Positions 37,900 to 50,188 of a stretch of DNA of 64,000 bases are shown one piece after another. This DNA comes from Marsupella aquatica (Eukaryota; Plantae; Marchantiophyta). How positions within the stretch are numbered: the first letter of the stretch is position 1; each line of letters starts with the position of its first letter. The position numbers and the translations under genes were made by a program. A model generated the notes under the pieces. That model was given only the letters and a program-made list of their open reading frames with translations, searched no databases and had not been told where the DNA came from. The DNA lies in assembly GCA_973895155.1 (NCBI GenBank), contig OZ316894.1:6058368-6122367 (forward strand). The letters are read 5' to 3'.

Positions 37900-40000
37900 T
37901 GAATCAATTATACTAAAAGATTAAAATAAAAGTAGGATGAGATGTCCTTGTGCAATATATCTGCCCAGTATCCTGTACCAGGGGTCTGAATGAGGTTTGG
38001 CGGCATATCCTGGTTCATGGAAGAGATCCACAACATCGAGTTTGGAAGGATCCTAGCTACAAAGGAAGATTCTAGAGGCCGGAGTTCCACCATCTAGTCA
38101 GTACTTGAGGTAGCAAAGTCTATGCACTCTTATGGCATTTGGACAATGACATCTAGGCTTGAAGGTAACGCCCTTACAACTTTGTAGGATATGATTGTAT
38201 AATTCGTTGTTTGTATTGATATAGTGTTTGAATGTCATGTGTTATAATTGTTAGTAACATGATTATATTGTGGTTGTTGTGGCCCATAGAGAGTAAGACA
38301 ACTATCAAAGAGAAAAAGTATGATCACTTGGCAAAGAGTCGCTGCAATTTAGAGGCAACAAAGTTACAGTTTGTACATTCAACTAATTTGACAGAGGGCA
38401 GTCAACCATGTTTGGTTGAGGATGAGATTGCCTAGCCAGGGATATATTGGATCATATCAATGTTGGGGCTAAGGAGGATATTAGCAACCGTGACAATGAT
38501 ACCATTGAGCCAGATTCATGTGATGTGGAGCAAGGTTTGTGCTTTGGAGATCTTGATCCCATTGCAAAGATACATGTAGAACTTTGATTAAGTCATGTAT
38601 CAACAAGGCTAGACTCCATGATGGAGTCACAGATCTGTCACAAATGGGTATCAGGTGAGTCACAATGGTGTGTAGCATTAGCGACTTCTATGTTTTGGTC
38701 TCAACTTTTGCAATTCCAAGGGTCACAGCTTGGGTCACGTCAAGTTGTGTCACAATGAAGTTACATGAGCCAAAAGGAGTCACATATTGCGTTCTCAGAA
38801 TAACTTGATTTCTTCTAGTGTATGGTCTTCCTCTTCCCCCTTCCAAATTCTGGTTCTGAAAATTCAATGTGAGTAGAGCCATCATCTTCTATTGAACCTT
38901 CAAATTCATCAAAAGGTGTTGCAAATGATTTTGTGGACCTGGATCCCCGCCTGGATCGTGGTAGTGGACTACTTGGTTGTGGTCGTCTTGAAATAGGTGT
39001 GTGTTAAATTTCATTAGCCTCTTCTCTGACATTAGGTGCATTAGCTCCCACTTGAGCTAAGGCTGGAGCTCCCACTGGTGGTAGTGTTGGTGCTCCCATT
39101 GGACCTGGTGTCGATGCTAGTACTGGTGCTCCCATTGGAGTTGGTGTTGGTGCTAGTGCTACATATATATTGGAAGATCAAATAGCACCAGATCATCAAA
39201 CTCTGAAGTAACTGGTCCTTTACCACCGGGCTAGTCCTCTTTAGAATCGAACATATATCTCTTACCAAAATCACCTTGCGATTAGTTGTTTGTCGAACCC
39301 TACAAACATCTCTTGATGTGGAGTCTTTGGGATATCCCAAAACATGCAATCTTTGTCATGATTGTCAAACTTCCCTCGATGGACTTTATTGATGTTAAGA
39401 TATATGCGCTTTACATCTAAAAACCCTGAGATGTGACAAGTTTGGTTTTCTTCCATATAAAAGCTCATATGGTGTCTTGTCGGCATCTAGTGCTTTTGTG
39501 GGTGTTCAATTTTGAAGGTAGTTACTTGTATGAATAGCCTCCCCCTAATGGGATCAAGATAGACCTCAATGATTCAACAAGGATATAACTGCCTCCACTA
39601 GTGTTCTATATTCTTTCTCTTAGCTACTCCATTTTGTTGAGGAGTCTCAGCAACTGTAAATTGCCTTGCAGCAATCTCATGTTTCTTGCAAAATAGGTCA
39701 AAGACTGTCGACTTGTACTCGATCTCCTCCATTGTCAGACCGCAACACCTTAACTTTTTTGCCGATTTATGTTTCTTGAAAATCTTCCACCCTTCATCAG
39801 CTTAATTTGTAGACTTTGTCTTTGCATAGGCTCCACAATTAGACAAATAAACTTCATCAAATTTACCATGCCTTCCACCATATTATGGTCTTGCAATTGC
39901 TGCATTCTAGCTTTCATTGATGTGGCCAAGCCTTTTATGCCACATCGATCTCCCCACTAGCTTGTTGTGATAGCAATATTTATCGTATGGAGGCTTATAG
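37900..40000 (-). mobile_element. Highly degenerate Ty1/Copia pol remnant (integrase, RT/RNase H traces)
   Basis: Minus strand gives TVAETPQQNGVAKRKN (integrase, about 39610-39660), VTQLDVTQA (RT QxDV motif, about 38730-38755) and ADILHK (RNase H end ADIxTK-like, about 37945-37965), with many stops and frameshifts. Confidence 0.65.
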
Positions 40001-40252
40001 TTACACCAAGTTTATATAATTTGTTAACAATAATGCAAGTACTAATGATAGAGCCACTTGGACCCTTCAAAGTACATGAACCTAATTTCTTGATGATAGC
40101 CTCTCCTTCTTCTTTGATCATCAAGCTAGTTGGTTCATTGAAAATAGTGTCTTTGTGAGCCAAGGTACATGAAGCACCTTTCCCACCATTCTCACTGAAC
40201 CATCATGAATGGAGTTTAATCTTGGGGTCCTCACTTCTTTTCTTCCGACTTG

Positions 40253-43200
40253 TGACAGGGCCCCAAACTTGGTAGTAACTTAGTGATAACTTATAATTTC
40301 ATATATAAGTAGAAAGACAAATAGGTGTAGCAAAAGTTTTTGGATTTTTAATTTTTTTTAGTTTTTTTTAGTTCTAATAAATTGATGCGACAATCGGAGG
40401 CCGGAGTTGATAGGGGTGTTGGGCGGTGATGGATGACAATGGAGCCATTGAGGGGGTACAAGGAGTCCAAAAGGCAGCCCAAGGACTTGAAGGCCAAGGT
40501 GTGAGCATCTTGGAGGGGTGGGGGCTGGTCGGAGGCTCCACGTAAGGTGCACAACGGGAAGAATGACCAAAATATAGAAAATGTTGAAACTTAAAACAGA
40601 CGTTGCTGCGCTAGTACTATTCCAAACATGGTCATGTTTGGATTCATTTTGAAGCCCTCAATGAGCCCCATGCGAAACTGAGGTTTTCTAGTTGATTTTA
40701 GGTCTATATCAAACAGTGACATCTCAAGGGACCTCAACTCCTGTAAAACGACAAACTAGACAATCTTGGAGGGCCCTTAGAAGGAAGGGACTCCCACAAT
40801 TTCCCTTCCTCAATCCGTAGTTTCCCACAATTTTCCTTCCCCACTCCATAGAAGGGGCACTCCTTAGAAGAACACATTCGTAGAAGGGGCCCCCACACTT
40901 TCTTCCTCCCTTTTTTCTCTACTCTCACTTGTGAGGTTCCCACCCATTCCTAAACCCTAAACCCTTTCCCTGTTGTGTTTCCTTTCAATATGTGTAGGGA
41001 CCCTGGTTGTACAAACATCAGATTTTCGACCATCTCAAAATCAGGAGGTTATGGGCTTTTTGGAAAGATCTCGCACGATGTGTCCCACGGCCGAAACAGA
41101 GCTAAGACGGGGGAGATACAACAGATCACGTTTTTTGAGAATACAGGGGTTTTGAGGCCGTACAGTGGTGGACCTCGCCACCCAGCGCCCTCACCAATCC
41201 CAGCACTCACGCCTAAGTGCCCCTGGTGCCCGAACACCTCCACGGAATACCTCGAGCAAGCACTCTAGTGCCCCTTGCACCGCCAACGGCCCCTCCCATA
41301 CGAAGCCGCACTTGCTCACCTACACAACCGCTACTCAACGGTCTTCACTGTCTGCACAAACAACCAAGCACCTTGGTAAGTAACCCTTTTGGATCTAGAA
41401 CTCGCCAAGTCTAGCATCCTAACTCAAGCTCAACAGACGTTGGTAAATAGGTTAACGATAGGTCCTCCCGACGCCATAAGCCAGAACCAGAACCTACGCC
41501 CACTGTCCGTCCAGGACAGCTCCTTCCTTGGGCGCGGCCCAGGTACGTTTCCCCCTCGTACCTATCCATCACCAACTGACCGCCCTGACCTCAGGACATG
41601 CTCATGGCCCAACAACATAGCTTGTCCTAAAGCTTGTCCCAAGCTTGTCCCAACACGCCGGGACCAGAACGGCCCCGACTCTAGCAACTAACTCCCGGTT
41701 TGCCCCACTGATGGTCTAGGGGCCGAACACTCTTGGGACTCAACCTCCACACCTACTTGGCCTTGCCTCCCCAACGCAAGCTCCCTTGGGAGACTGAACG
41801 CGGCTTGGCTGCTGTTCGGCAAGATTCAGCAAGCGGGCGAGCTAACACCCACAAACCATGAGAACCCAATGTACCCCAGACCCAGCTGAGCTCAAGAGGG
41901 AGTAGCCCTTCTCAAGGGCTTTCCAACGCACCCAAGAAGTCCTCCAACAGACCTTCCGTTGGGAAGATAACGCCATTTCCGTTTGGTGGTTTCCCTTAGT
42001 GTCGCGACCGTCGCGGCTCACGATTTCGGCTCGCCCTTAGCCCCCACGGAGACACCACTCCCCTCATATATGCTTCTGGGGACTTGCCACCCCCGGACCA
42101 GCTTTGGTCCCTAACCATTTGGCCCTCAACCCGGATCCTATCGCGCATAATGGGCGCGCCACCATCTGGCAATCCCCATAACTTTCTCGATAGGCATCCA
42201 CAAGCGGAGTGCCTTAGCCCGTTGTGACCAGGCCAACCCAGTGCTCATGCCTAGGCCCTCAGGTCTAATCGCTGCTCAAGGCCCCCGACTTGCCCAACCC
42301 GGATCGGGCCACAACTTGCGCCCCAAGCGTATGTTGCCAATGACGTCAACTCCATTGGCCTTGGGCCCAAGAGGAGCTCACACTCAAGCCCTCAGAACTC
42401 AAAGTCCTTCCGGTGGTCCGGACGACCATCCTTGAGCCCGGTCCATTTCCCCTTGACCCGACCAGCCATCGGCTAGTCCAAGTCGAGTGTCCTTAGCGAC
42501 GCCAGAGCTAAGTGTTAAGGTAGTCGAGTTCCTGCGACTTATACGGACGTTCGTACGGGAGGAGGTCCCGGATTTGCAAGGGAAGGAGGAGGTAACAGCA
42601 CATACGGGGAACCCGTGATCCATGTTTTGCAAAGCCGGGGCCCCCTGGTGTTGTACGAACGAAACAGAGGGAGACGGTGCTCTGTAAAAACTTAAACGAT
42701 CATATCTTGGTCGTTTGACCTCCATTTTATGCACCATTTACGGAGCCGTGATCAGGAAGAGGAGGGCTCCTCAGATATATTTTCAGAAAGAAAATTTTTG
42801 TTTTGACAATTGTAGGGGCCCTCTCCTTTTACGGCGAACTGGTGGTGGTAATTAGGAGGATTGAGGCTGGTAGGCAGGGTAGATAGATAGGATAGGAGGT
42901 GGTACTCAAGTGACTCCTTGTTTAGCAGAGGGGTATTCACTCCAGATGAGAGTGATGAGGAGGCCAACTCACGGGGCTTAAGCCATGGTACCGTGAGTCA
43001 TGAGAAGGAGGACTAGGGTGGCCGTACGGACTTGGTCGTACGACCTCTTGATTTTGAAAATTTTGGAAAGTGAGCACTCACGGGCTTGTTGGAAAGAGCT
43101 CACGGAGCTGATTCCAACAAGAGGCGGCGCTCCTCAAACGGAGCCAGGATGAGAGAATTAGAGCCCCGCAAAGTTGGTCGATACAGGATACTAAAACATC

Positions 43201-44016
43201 CGTACCTGGGTCGTTTGGAGTTCGTTTACGGATTCGTGATCAGGAGGAGCAGAGCTATCCAGGGCTCCCCTTAGGGGAGTAGTTGGACATATTTGAGTTT
43301 CGACCATGAGTGACCCCCTCACTTCCCTGAGACTACAGATGATTACGGTTGGCACCGTGGAAGACACCGACGGTCCCGTAGTTAGTTTAGGGTTTTAGGA
43401 GCATGTGTGTGGCGCATGTTTTAGGTTAGGGATTTCTTGTGAAGGTTTTAGCGGTGCCGCTAGGGTAGCCGCCATCGTTGTGACCCCATGAGGGGTGCTT
43501 TGGTGTGTTTTTTCAGTATTTAGAGGGAGCCCCATAGTGAGCTAAGTAGCTTTTGTGAGTAGCGTACCGATTAGGAGAAGTTCAAGCCAGAGTAGTGAGG
43601 TGGAGAACGTAGCACTTGTCCCCGGGAGGCAAAAGTTGGGCAGACGACAGGAGGCCGGGTTGTCCTTGCATGTGTTATGGGAAACACCAAGAGATATAGA
43701 TTTGGCTTGAAGTTCCAATATTTTGTGTGTCACTTGTTGTTGCTTGTGTTGTTTGTTTTCCTCCCCTAGTGCATATGGTCAGTTTCATTGTGGAAACATT
43801 TGCCCTTGTCACTAGTGTTCAAATCTTATTGTAAAATGTTTGTATGCTTGCCCATGAGAGGGGGGTGGTGACAGCACTCTCCCGGTGGGCATGAGTTTTA
43901 GATGGTAGGGCCAGTCCCTTGGAGTTGATCAAAAAGTACACTTCCGGGAGCGGAATCAAACATACTCATCCTTAGGTGTGGAAATCCTTCAAGTAGCGTC
44001 CGTTCACGACCCCGTA
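40253..44016 (+). mobile_element. ~3.76-kb solo-LTR-like unit A (TGACAGGG...CCCCGTA), non-coding middle
   Basis: Termini resemble those of unit B; the last ~1.1 kb (about 42930-44016) aligns at roughly 75-80% by eye with 46720-47848. No TSD. Its right end abuts the start of the duplicated host segment. Confidence 0.65.
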
Positions 44017-44189
44017 GTCTGACTTCACACAAAATATTTTCCGTTGCATGTGAATCACGTTTGGCTCTACAAGAATCACTCGATGTTCCAACACCCGACC
44101 CCACTAGCACCACCATTCATCAAGCATTTTGCTGGCTGCGATGGCTGAAAGGGCGTGCACTCCTGGCCTCATTCACAATTGGGTGTATG

Positions 44190-47100
44190 TGACGGGGACC
44201 CCGTCACGAAAGGTCACCATTAGGAGTTATTGGCAAGATGCATGTAAATAAATAAGCCAATATACACAATAGTTTTTCATTTTTTTTAATTTCTTAAAAG
44301 TTAATCATCCCGGTGTGTGTTCATGTTGCTTTGGAGGGCCGGAGCTATTTGAACCCGGGAGGAACTATTTTTTTAATTGACCCTTTGCTCTCTTGGGTCT
44401 TGTCATTGTGGGAGAAGAAAATTAGGCATCTTAAGGGGATACCACCCATTAATATTTGGAAACCCCGGCAGTTTTTCTTGGCCCTGGTGTAATATGGAGG
44501 AGGAGCCCGCGAGCCTGGGGCGCGAGACGAAGGGCCGCCCCGCGAGTAGGCAAAGCCCCGAGAGGGGCTGCCGGGGCGTAAGCAAGGCGCAGCCGCGAGG
44601 GAAAATTAGCAAAGGAGCCACGGGGTTTCTTTTTTTTCCTTCCTATTTTCTCACTTCCTCTCTTTTGCAAGACCAACTCATTGCCGAAAGCAAAAACTCG
44701 GGCTCTCTCTCAACTCTTGCCGAAAGCTCTCTCCACATTTTGCAATTATTCTGGAAGCCCTTTCTCATGGTCAATTATTGGGGCTTGTTGGCATGATTCT
44801 TCCGAGCATTAGCGGCAGCAGCACGGAGTGGCTTCTGAGGGAATTGAGGGTAATTGATTGATCGGGATACGGGGGCCGTTTTGGGCCAGGGAATTGACAT
44901 TGCTACGGGTGACGGGATTTGGTGATTGAGGATTTGATTTCTGGATGCTGGATTACCCGGAGTTTAGTGCGGCACGCGTCCGGAGATACAAGGCTGCTTA
45001 CCGTGACTACGTGGAGACATTGATTGCAAGAGAGAGAGAAGAGAGAAAAGCTACGATGAGTACTGGGCTGGCGGCAAGTTCCACACCGGTGAGTAGGAGG
45101 GTTTTTTGTCGAATTTATCCCAAAACCTCCACCAAGGTGATGGAGGATTGTAGGAATATTTTTCAAGCCACCGGGCTCACGGAGTTCATGAAGGTGGAGA
45201 TTACAATCCCTTCGGGGAAGAGTTGGAACATTGAGGCCGGGATGGAGTTACGTACGGAAGGAATCTACTTTGAATGTCTCCAGCAGGTAGTGCCCCATGT
45301 GGAGTTAACTAAGCTTCTGTTCCTGGAGAACCAGCAATTCTCATTCACACCTCGGAACATAAGGGGAGAGCTCACGTTGACAATGGTGGCCGGTTGGGTG
45401 ATTAATCCCACCTCCACTACTTCCATTCCTCTTTCCGCCGTCAAGGATGCTGAGCACAAGGGATTTTTGGCCAAGGTTCATCAACGGGTCCTTGGTAACA
45501 TGCAATCCGGGGTGGTGAATGGAGAGCATTTCGTGGTAGCTATGGACATCAAGAACTATCCAACCCATGTGTACGGATGGTGGTACTATGGGTTGAAGAA
45601 GCTATTGGACGCCAATCCCGAGAGTGTGAAACCAGGTGGGGCTGTACATTTGATGGGGTCATTTTTGCTAGCCAGAGCAGAAGGGTGGATTGTTTCCCCG
45701 GGACAGGAAGACACTGGATCATCCCTTACCACGGAAATCAGGAGTATTGCCACTACCATCTTGGGGAAACTAACGGAGGGATCATCGTTGGCGGTTGGGG
45801 ATGATAATAGAGAGGAAGAAAACCAGGATGAGGACTCCACAATGGAGTGGCTTGAATCACTTGTGGGAAATACGGAGGAGCCCCTGGCCTACGACATTCC
45901 TGATGTCTACCTGGCGGAGTTACGGGATTTCTGGGAGGGAGTCCATGAGGGACTCAAGCTAGTCCACGCATTGAGAGATTCTCTCAAGCAGGCCACCGCC
46001 AGAGTAGAGACTTTGGAGCATAGTGCCCTGTCTATGAAGGAGGTGATCAAGGCCAAGGAGGAGGCCATTCATGAGAAGGTTAAACTTCTCCAAGCAGCTC
46101 ACGTAGAGATCTCCAACTTGAAGGGAGCCTTGTCCACCAAGGCCAAGGAAGCGGAAGAGGTTGGAGTATTGAAACAGACATTGGCCAAAGAGAAGCAGAA
46201 TTCTGGAGAAGTGGTGGAGTTAAGAGCCCAGGTGGGAACACTACGGGGTCAAATGGTGATCTTCGAGACAAGGGCTAAGAGGAGTGAGGCCTTGAGTCTA
46301 GGGAAACGGAAGAGCCCTTGCACACCTAGCTCCACACTTTCCCCGGATTTGGTCTCTAGGGCCATTGAGATGGTGGTGAAGGAAGTCAGTGGGAAGTATG
46401 GACCCCTGTTGGATGCAGCCAAGAAGAGTCAAGAGAAGAGCAAGAGCTTAGAGAAGAAGCTCAGGGAGGTACGTAAATCATTACGAGAAGCTCAGGTCAA
46501 CACGGGGACCCCGGGGATGCCACCCCGATCTGTCACCTCTGGGACTCCCATGGCCACCGGGCAGGTTTTACAGTTGGAGTTGCGGTCCGGTGAAGAGGCG
46601 GCCTTATGGAAGGACACCATTGGTGAGGGGTACATTAAGGCGTGGCAGGCCTTGGCCAATTTGAGGAAGCAGGGGAGCACTAGCACAAGGAGTACCCCGG
46701 TGAAGAAGAAGAGGAGTGAAGTGGCACTCACTCCAGTGGAGAGTGATGAGGAGGCCCACTCACGGGGCTTAAGCTAGGGCACCGTGAGTGACGAGGAGGA
46801 GGATTAGAGTGGTCGTACGGACGTGGTTGTACGGCCCTTGACTTTCCAACTTTTTTTTGAGGGGTCACTCACGGGCTTGTTGAAAAAAGCTCGCGTAGCT
46901 GATTCCAACAAGAGGCAGCGCTCCTCAAACGGAGCCAGGATGAGCAAGTTAGGGCCCGGCGAAGTCTCGGGCGAAGTTGGGTTTACGGGATACTAAAACG
47001 ACCATAACTTGGTCGTCCGATGTACGTTTCAAGAGCGATTGAGTGATTCATGATCAGGAGGAGGAGGGCTATCCAGGTTGAACTCAGAAGTGCAAGTGGA

Positions 47101-47848
47101 AGGGCACCTAGTTTCGGCAATTGTGGGGTCCCTTGCATTTTCGCGGTTCACGGAGTAATGTTGTGGCGCCGTCGAAGGCACCGTCGGCCCCATTGTTAGT
47201 TTAGGGTTTAGGGTTTTAGAAGCATGTGTGTGCTGCATGCTTTTAGTTTAGGGGTTTCTTAGTGAAGGGTTTAGCGGCGCCGCTGGGGTAAGTCGCCATC
47301 ATTGTGGCCCCGTGAGGGGTGCTTTGGTGTGTTTTTTTTGTATTTAGGGGGAGAGCCCCGGAGTAGTTGGGGGGAACTCAGTCTAGTGTTTGCTTAGGGA
47401 AGTTAGCTCATAGCCAGAAGAGGGAATCAAGCCACAGTAGTGAGGTAGAAGTGTAGCACTTGCCCCAGGGAGGCAGTAGTTGGGCAGATGGCAGGAGGTC
47501 GGATTGTCCTTGCAATGTGTTATGACGTTTTGCCAAAAGATATGGATTTGGTTTGATTCCTCAAGTTTTGTTGTGGTGTTACCTTTTCTGGTTCACGATT
47601 GTGTTCTTTCCCCAAGAAGCATCTAAGGAATCCTTGCACGGTTTGGTCAACCATGTGAGTAGGAGGGGTGGTGACAGCACTCCACCAACGACCAGTAGGA
47701 GTGTGTGTGGTGTAGTCCATGGGACTTGATCAAAAGCAGAGCGGCTAGTCGGTAGACTTGATCAAAAATTACATTTCCGGGAGCGGAAATAAACATACTC
47801 ATCCTACATGCAATAGAAGCCTAATAGCGTCCCTCCACGTTCCCGTCA
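44190..47848 (+). mobile_element. 3.66-kb solo-LTR-like unit B (TGACGGG...CCCGTCA; TSD TATG/TACG) carrying one long ORF
   Basis: TG...CA ends with a 7-bp terminal inverted repeat; flanks TATG (44186-44189) and TACG (47849-47852) differ by one CpG-type transition. No gag/pol recognisable inside. Confidence 0.7.
44945..46777 (+). CDS. 610-aa element-encoded protein: globular N-terminal domain, acidic linker, long coiled coil, C-terminal NLS-like PVKKKR
   Basis: Uninterrupted 1.8-kb ORF with an acidic patch (DDNREEENQDEDS) and a heptad-rich region (LRDSLKQATARVETLE...LEKKLREVRKSLRE). No RT, integrase or transposase motifs recognised. Confidence 0.75.
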   Translation: MLDYPEFSAARVRRYKAAYRDYVETLIAREREERKATMSTGLAASSTPVSRRVFCRIYPKTSTKVMEDCRNIFQATGLTEFMKVEITIPSGKSWNIEAGMELRTEGIYFECLQQVVPHVELTKLLFLENQQFSFTPRNIRGELTLTMVAGWVINPTSTTSIPLSAVKDAEHKGFLAKVHQRVLGNMQSGVVNGEHFVVAMDIKNYPTHVYGWWYYGLKKLLDANPESVKPGGAVHLMGSFLLARAEGWIVSPGQEDTGSSLTTEIRSIATTILGKLTEGSSLAVGDDNREEENQDEDSTMEWLESLVGNTEEPLAYDIPDVYLAELRDFWEGVHEGLKLVHALRDSLKQATARVETLEHSALSMKEVIKAKEEAIHEKVKLLQAAHVEISNLKGALSTKAKEAEEVGVLKQTLAKEKQNSGEVVELRAQVGTLRGQMVIFETRAKRSEALSLGKRKSPCTPSSTLSPDLVSRAIEMVVKEVSGKYGPLLDAAKKSQEKSKSLEKKLREVRKSLREAQVNTGTPGMPPRSVTSGTPMATGQVLQLELRSGEEAALWKDTIGEGYIKAWQALANLRKQGSTSTRSTPVKKKRSEVALTPVESDEEAHSRGLS

Positions 47849-48890
47849 TACGATAACAGACGATTTAGTAGAGTAAATACGTATTTGTTGTGTAAATCGT
47901 TTGATAAGCAGGTGATAGTGTACCTCGCAGAATCATTTTCAGGACTCAAAAACATGCTTTTTTAGTGAAAATTGACTTTCGTAACATGAAAAAAGGTCCA
48001 TCATGATTTTATCTCAAGACTTTTAAGTCTAATTTTTTCACAAGACTATTTTACATGGTGTAACCTACCTCACCATGTAGATACATCAAGTTTTCAACTG
48101 TTTTAAAGGATCATTTTATTGATAGCCCTAAATAAGCCAAAATTATTGATTATTTTTGTCCTTACATAAAGGTTTAGTGTGTGTCACTATTTAAATTTTG
48201 AAATATAAAATTATGCTATTAATATGTATGCTTTGGTAAAATTTTATTGTCTAAAATGCATTTTTTAGAGTCTTTTTGAGTCCTGAAATGATGTGACCCG
48301 TTACGTAACAAATCCTTTTATCAATCTTTGAAGAACATATAAAGAAAGCTTCAAAGTATCAAATGTTAGATAGTTTAATGAATGTTAACAACCTATAGGA
48401 TGTTTATTAAATATACTACATCAAATTTTCTATATCATCTCATTACACCCTAAAGCATAATAAATTATGGTCATTTTTGTATATCATCTCATTACACCCT
48501 AAAAATGATATACTAAAGCATAATAAACTATGGTCATTTTTGAATGTGATGTTACTTTTGGGTCTCCAATTGTGAATGAGGCCTCCTGGCCTCGGTAGAT
48601 TTGCCATCTTCATTCTCGTCTTTTCAAGCTACAAGCCCCGGCGTGTGCTTAAGAGAGGACATGAGATCTCAATTTGTCTGCCGCAATTGGTAGCTTGGCA
48701 AGCCAATCAAAGTACTCCAGAAGAGGCGTTGCCGTTGGCGATACAAAAGCCAGAACTCGCACTCTTGACTTCTATGGATGGTTGTCAGATAGACATGTAA
48801 GATCAAGTTTTATAGTTCGGACATTGATTACCGCCATCTTTCCTTAGGTGGGAAATTCGGGGAGAAACTCAGCTCCGTTGTGGTTTGGCT

Positions 48891-50188
48891 ATGGCCTTAG
48901 CGACCCTGTCGTTGCCCTCGCTTTCACCTTGCAGCTCGTGGAAAGCTTAGAGAGACTTGTTCCCAAGCTCTCGAACTCCTTCTTCGTCCTTGCCAGATCC
49001 TCACCGCTCCTTCATGAATCACTGACATCAACTCCTTCTTCCTCTTCTCCTCGTCCGGGAAATTTGTGTGCAAACAAAACCTGGAAGAGCTCCTATATAT
49101 CTCAATGACCTTACAAATGGGTGAAGTGGCCACGGCTGATCAGTCTTCAGCACCTAAGTCCGAGGAGCTCAAAGGGGAGCCTCGCACAGTTGTCAAATTT
49201 GTCATCTCTGGCTGGCTTCTATGCTGACTATGAGAGAGTCTCCGCAAAGTGGCCAGCGGATCTCGCATCGACGACAGATGACACCAAGTTCGAGCAATTC
49301 GTGAGCTCGTTGCACGCCCTGGCCCGGCAATGGCTTCCCAAGGACTTGGTCTCGAGACTGGAGCGCTTCATCTACAATTTGGCAGAAGTGCCAGCTCTCG
49401 TGATCAGAGGCTTGCCCATTGACAAAATCTTGCCGCCAACGGAGCATAATTCGCATCTCAAGAAAGTGGGAATGTGCGTGAGCGAGGCTTGGCTGATCGG
49501 CATTGGGAGAATTGTGGGGCAGGTCTTCACACTGGAATATACGCAAGGGTCAAGGTCTGGGATGGGGCGGCTGGTCCGGGAGATTTACGCAACTCAGGAC
49601 AAAGTGCACGAGGTGAGTTGAGAAGGGAGCCGGATAATGCTCGACATGCACATCGATTTCTTCCAAACCGCCCCACAGAAATTCTCCCACATCCTCGTAT
49701 TCATAGGAATTAGAGGAGATCTTGACAAAACTGGGAAGACTCTCCTGTGCAACAACCGGAAGCTGTACCGAATGCTTGACCCGGCGGACACCCAGTTGCT
49801 GCGCACTGAGAAGGTCGTCTGGGACATGGCCAGGTTCCAATTTTCAGCATATGTGATCAAAGGCTCTGAAAGCGATCCCAAGTTCAACATCTTCGAGGAG
49901 AACATTCCCTTTGTGGGTGGCTTTGACGCTGTGGTGAGGGGTAGCCCTGAACTCCGGGCTGCCTACAAGCAGGTCAAGGAAGTTGCCGCACTACTTTCGG
50001 AGGGTGTTTGGCTAGGCGATGGCGATGTGCTATTATTAAACCAGAAGAAGGCAGCGCACGGCCAAAGTCCTTACTCTCCCAGGTTTGACGGCAATGACAG
50101 ATGGTTGCAAAAAACATTCATCAACAGTGGAGGATTTTGGGAGGCAGGGCTTACTGAGTGGCCTAGCCTGACTCTACCCGTTTCTTAA
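48891..50188 (+). pseudogene. Pseudogene copy of the clavaminate-synthase-like oxygenase
   Basis: Roughly 90% identical by eye to 26754-28061, with indels in the transit-peptide region, a deletion near 49200, CCG to TGA premature stop at 49619-49621, and HGR to HGQ. Confidence 0.92.

Larger units (their letters stand above)
44165..48583. mobile_element. Non-autonomous TIR element (MITE, ~756 bp net) with 18-bp perfect TIRs and apparent 4-bp TSD TCCT; contains nested unit B
   Basis: TCCT-GGCCTCATTCACAATTGG (44161-44182) ... CCAATTGTGAATGAGGCC-TCCT (48566-48587). The empty site CACTCCTGGCCTCGGTAG is present in the first copy at about 26445. Confidence 0.85.
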
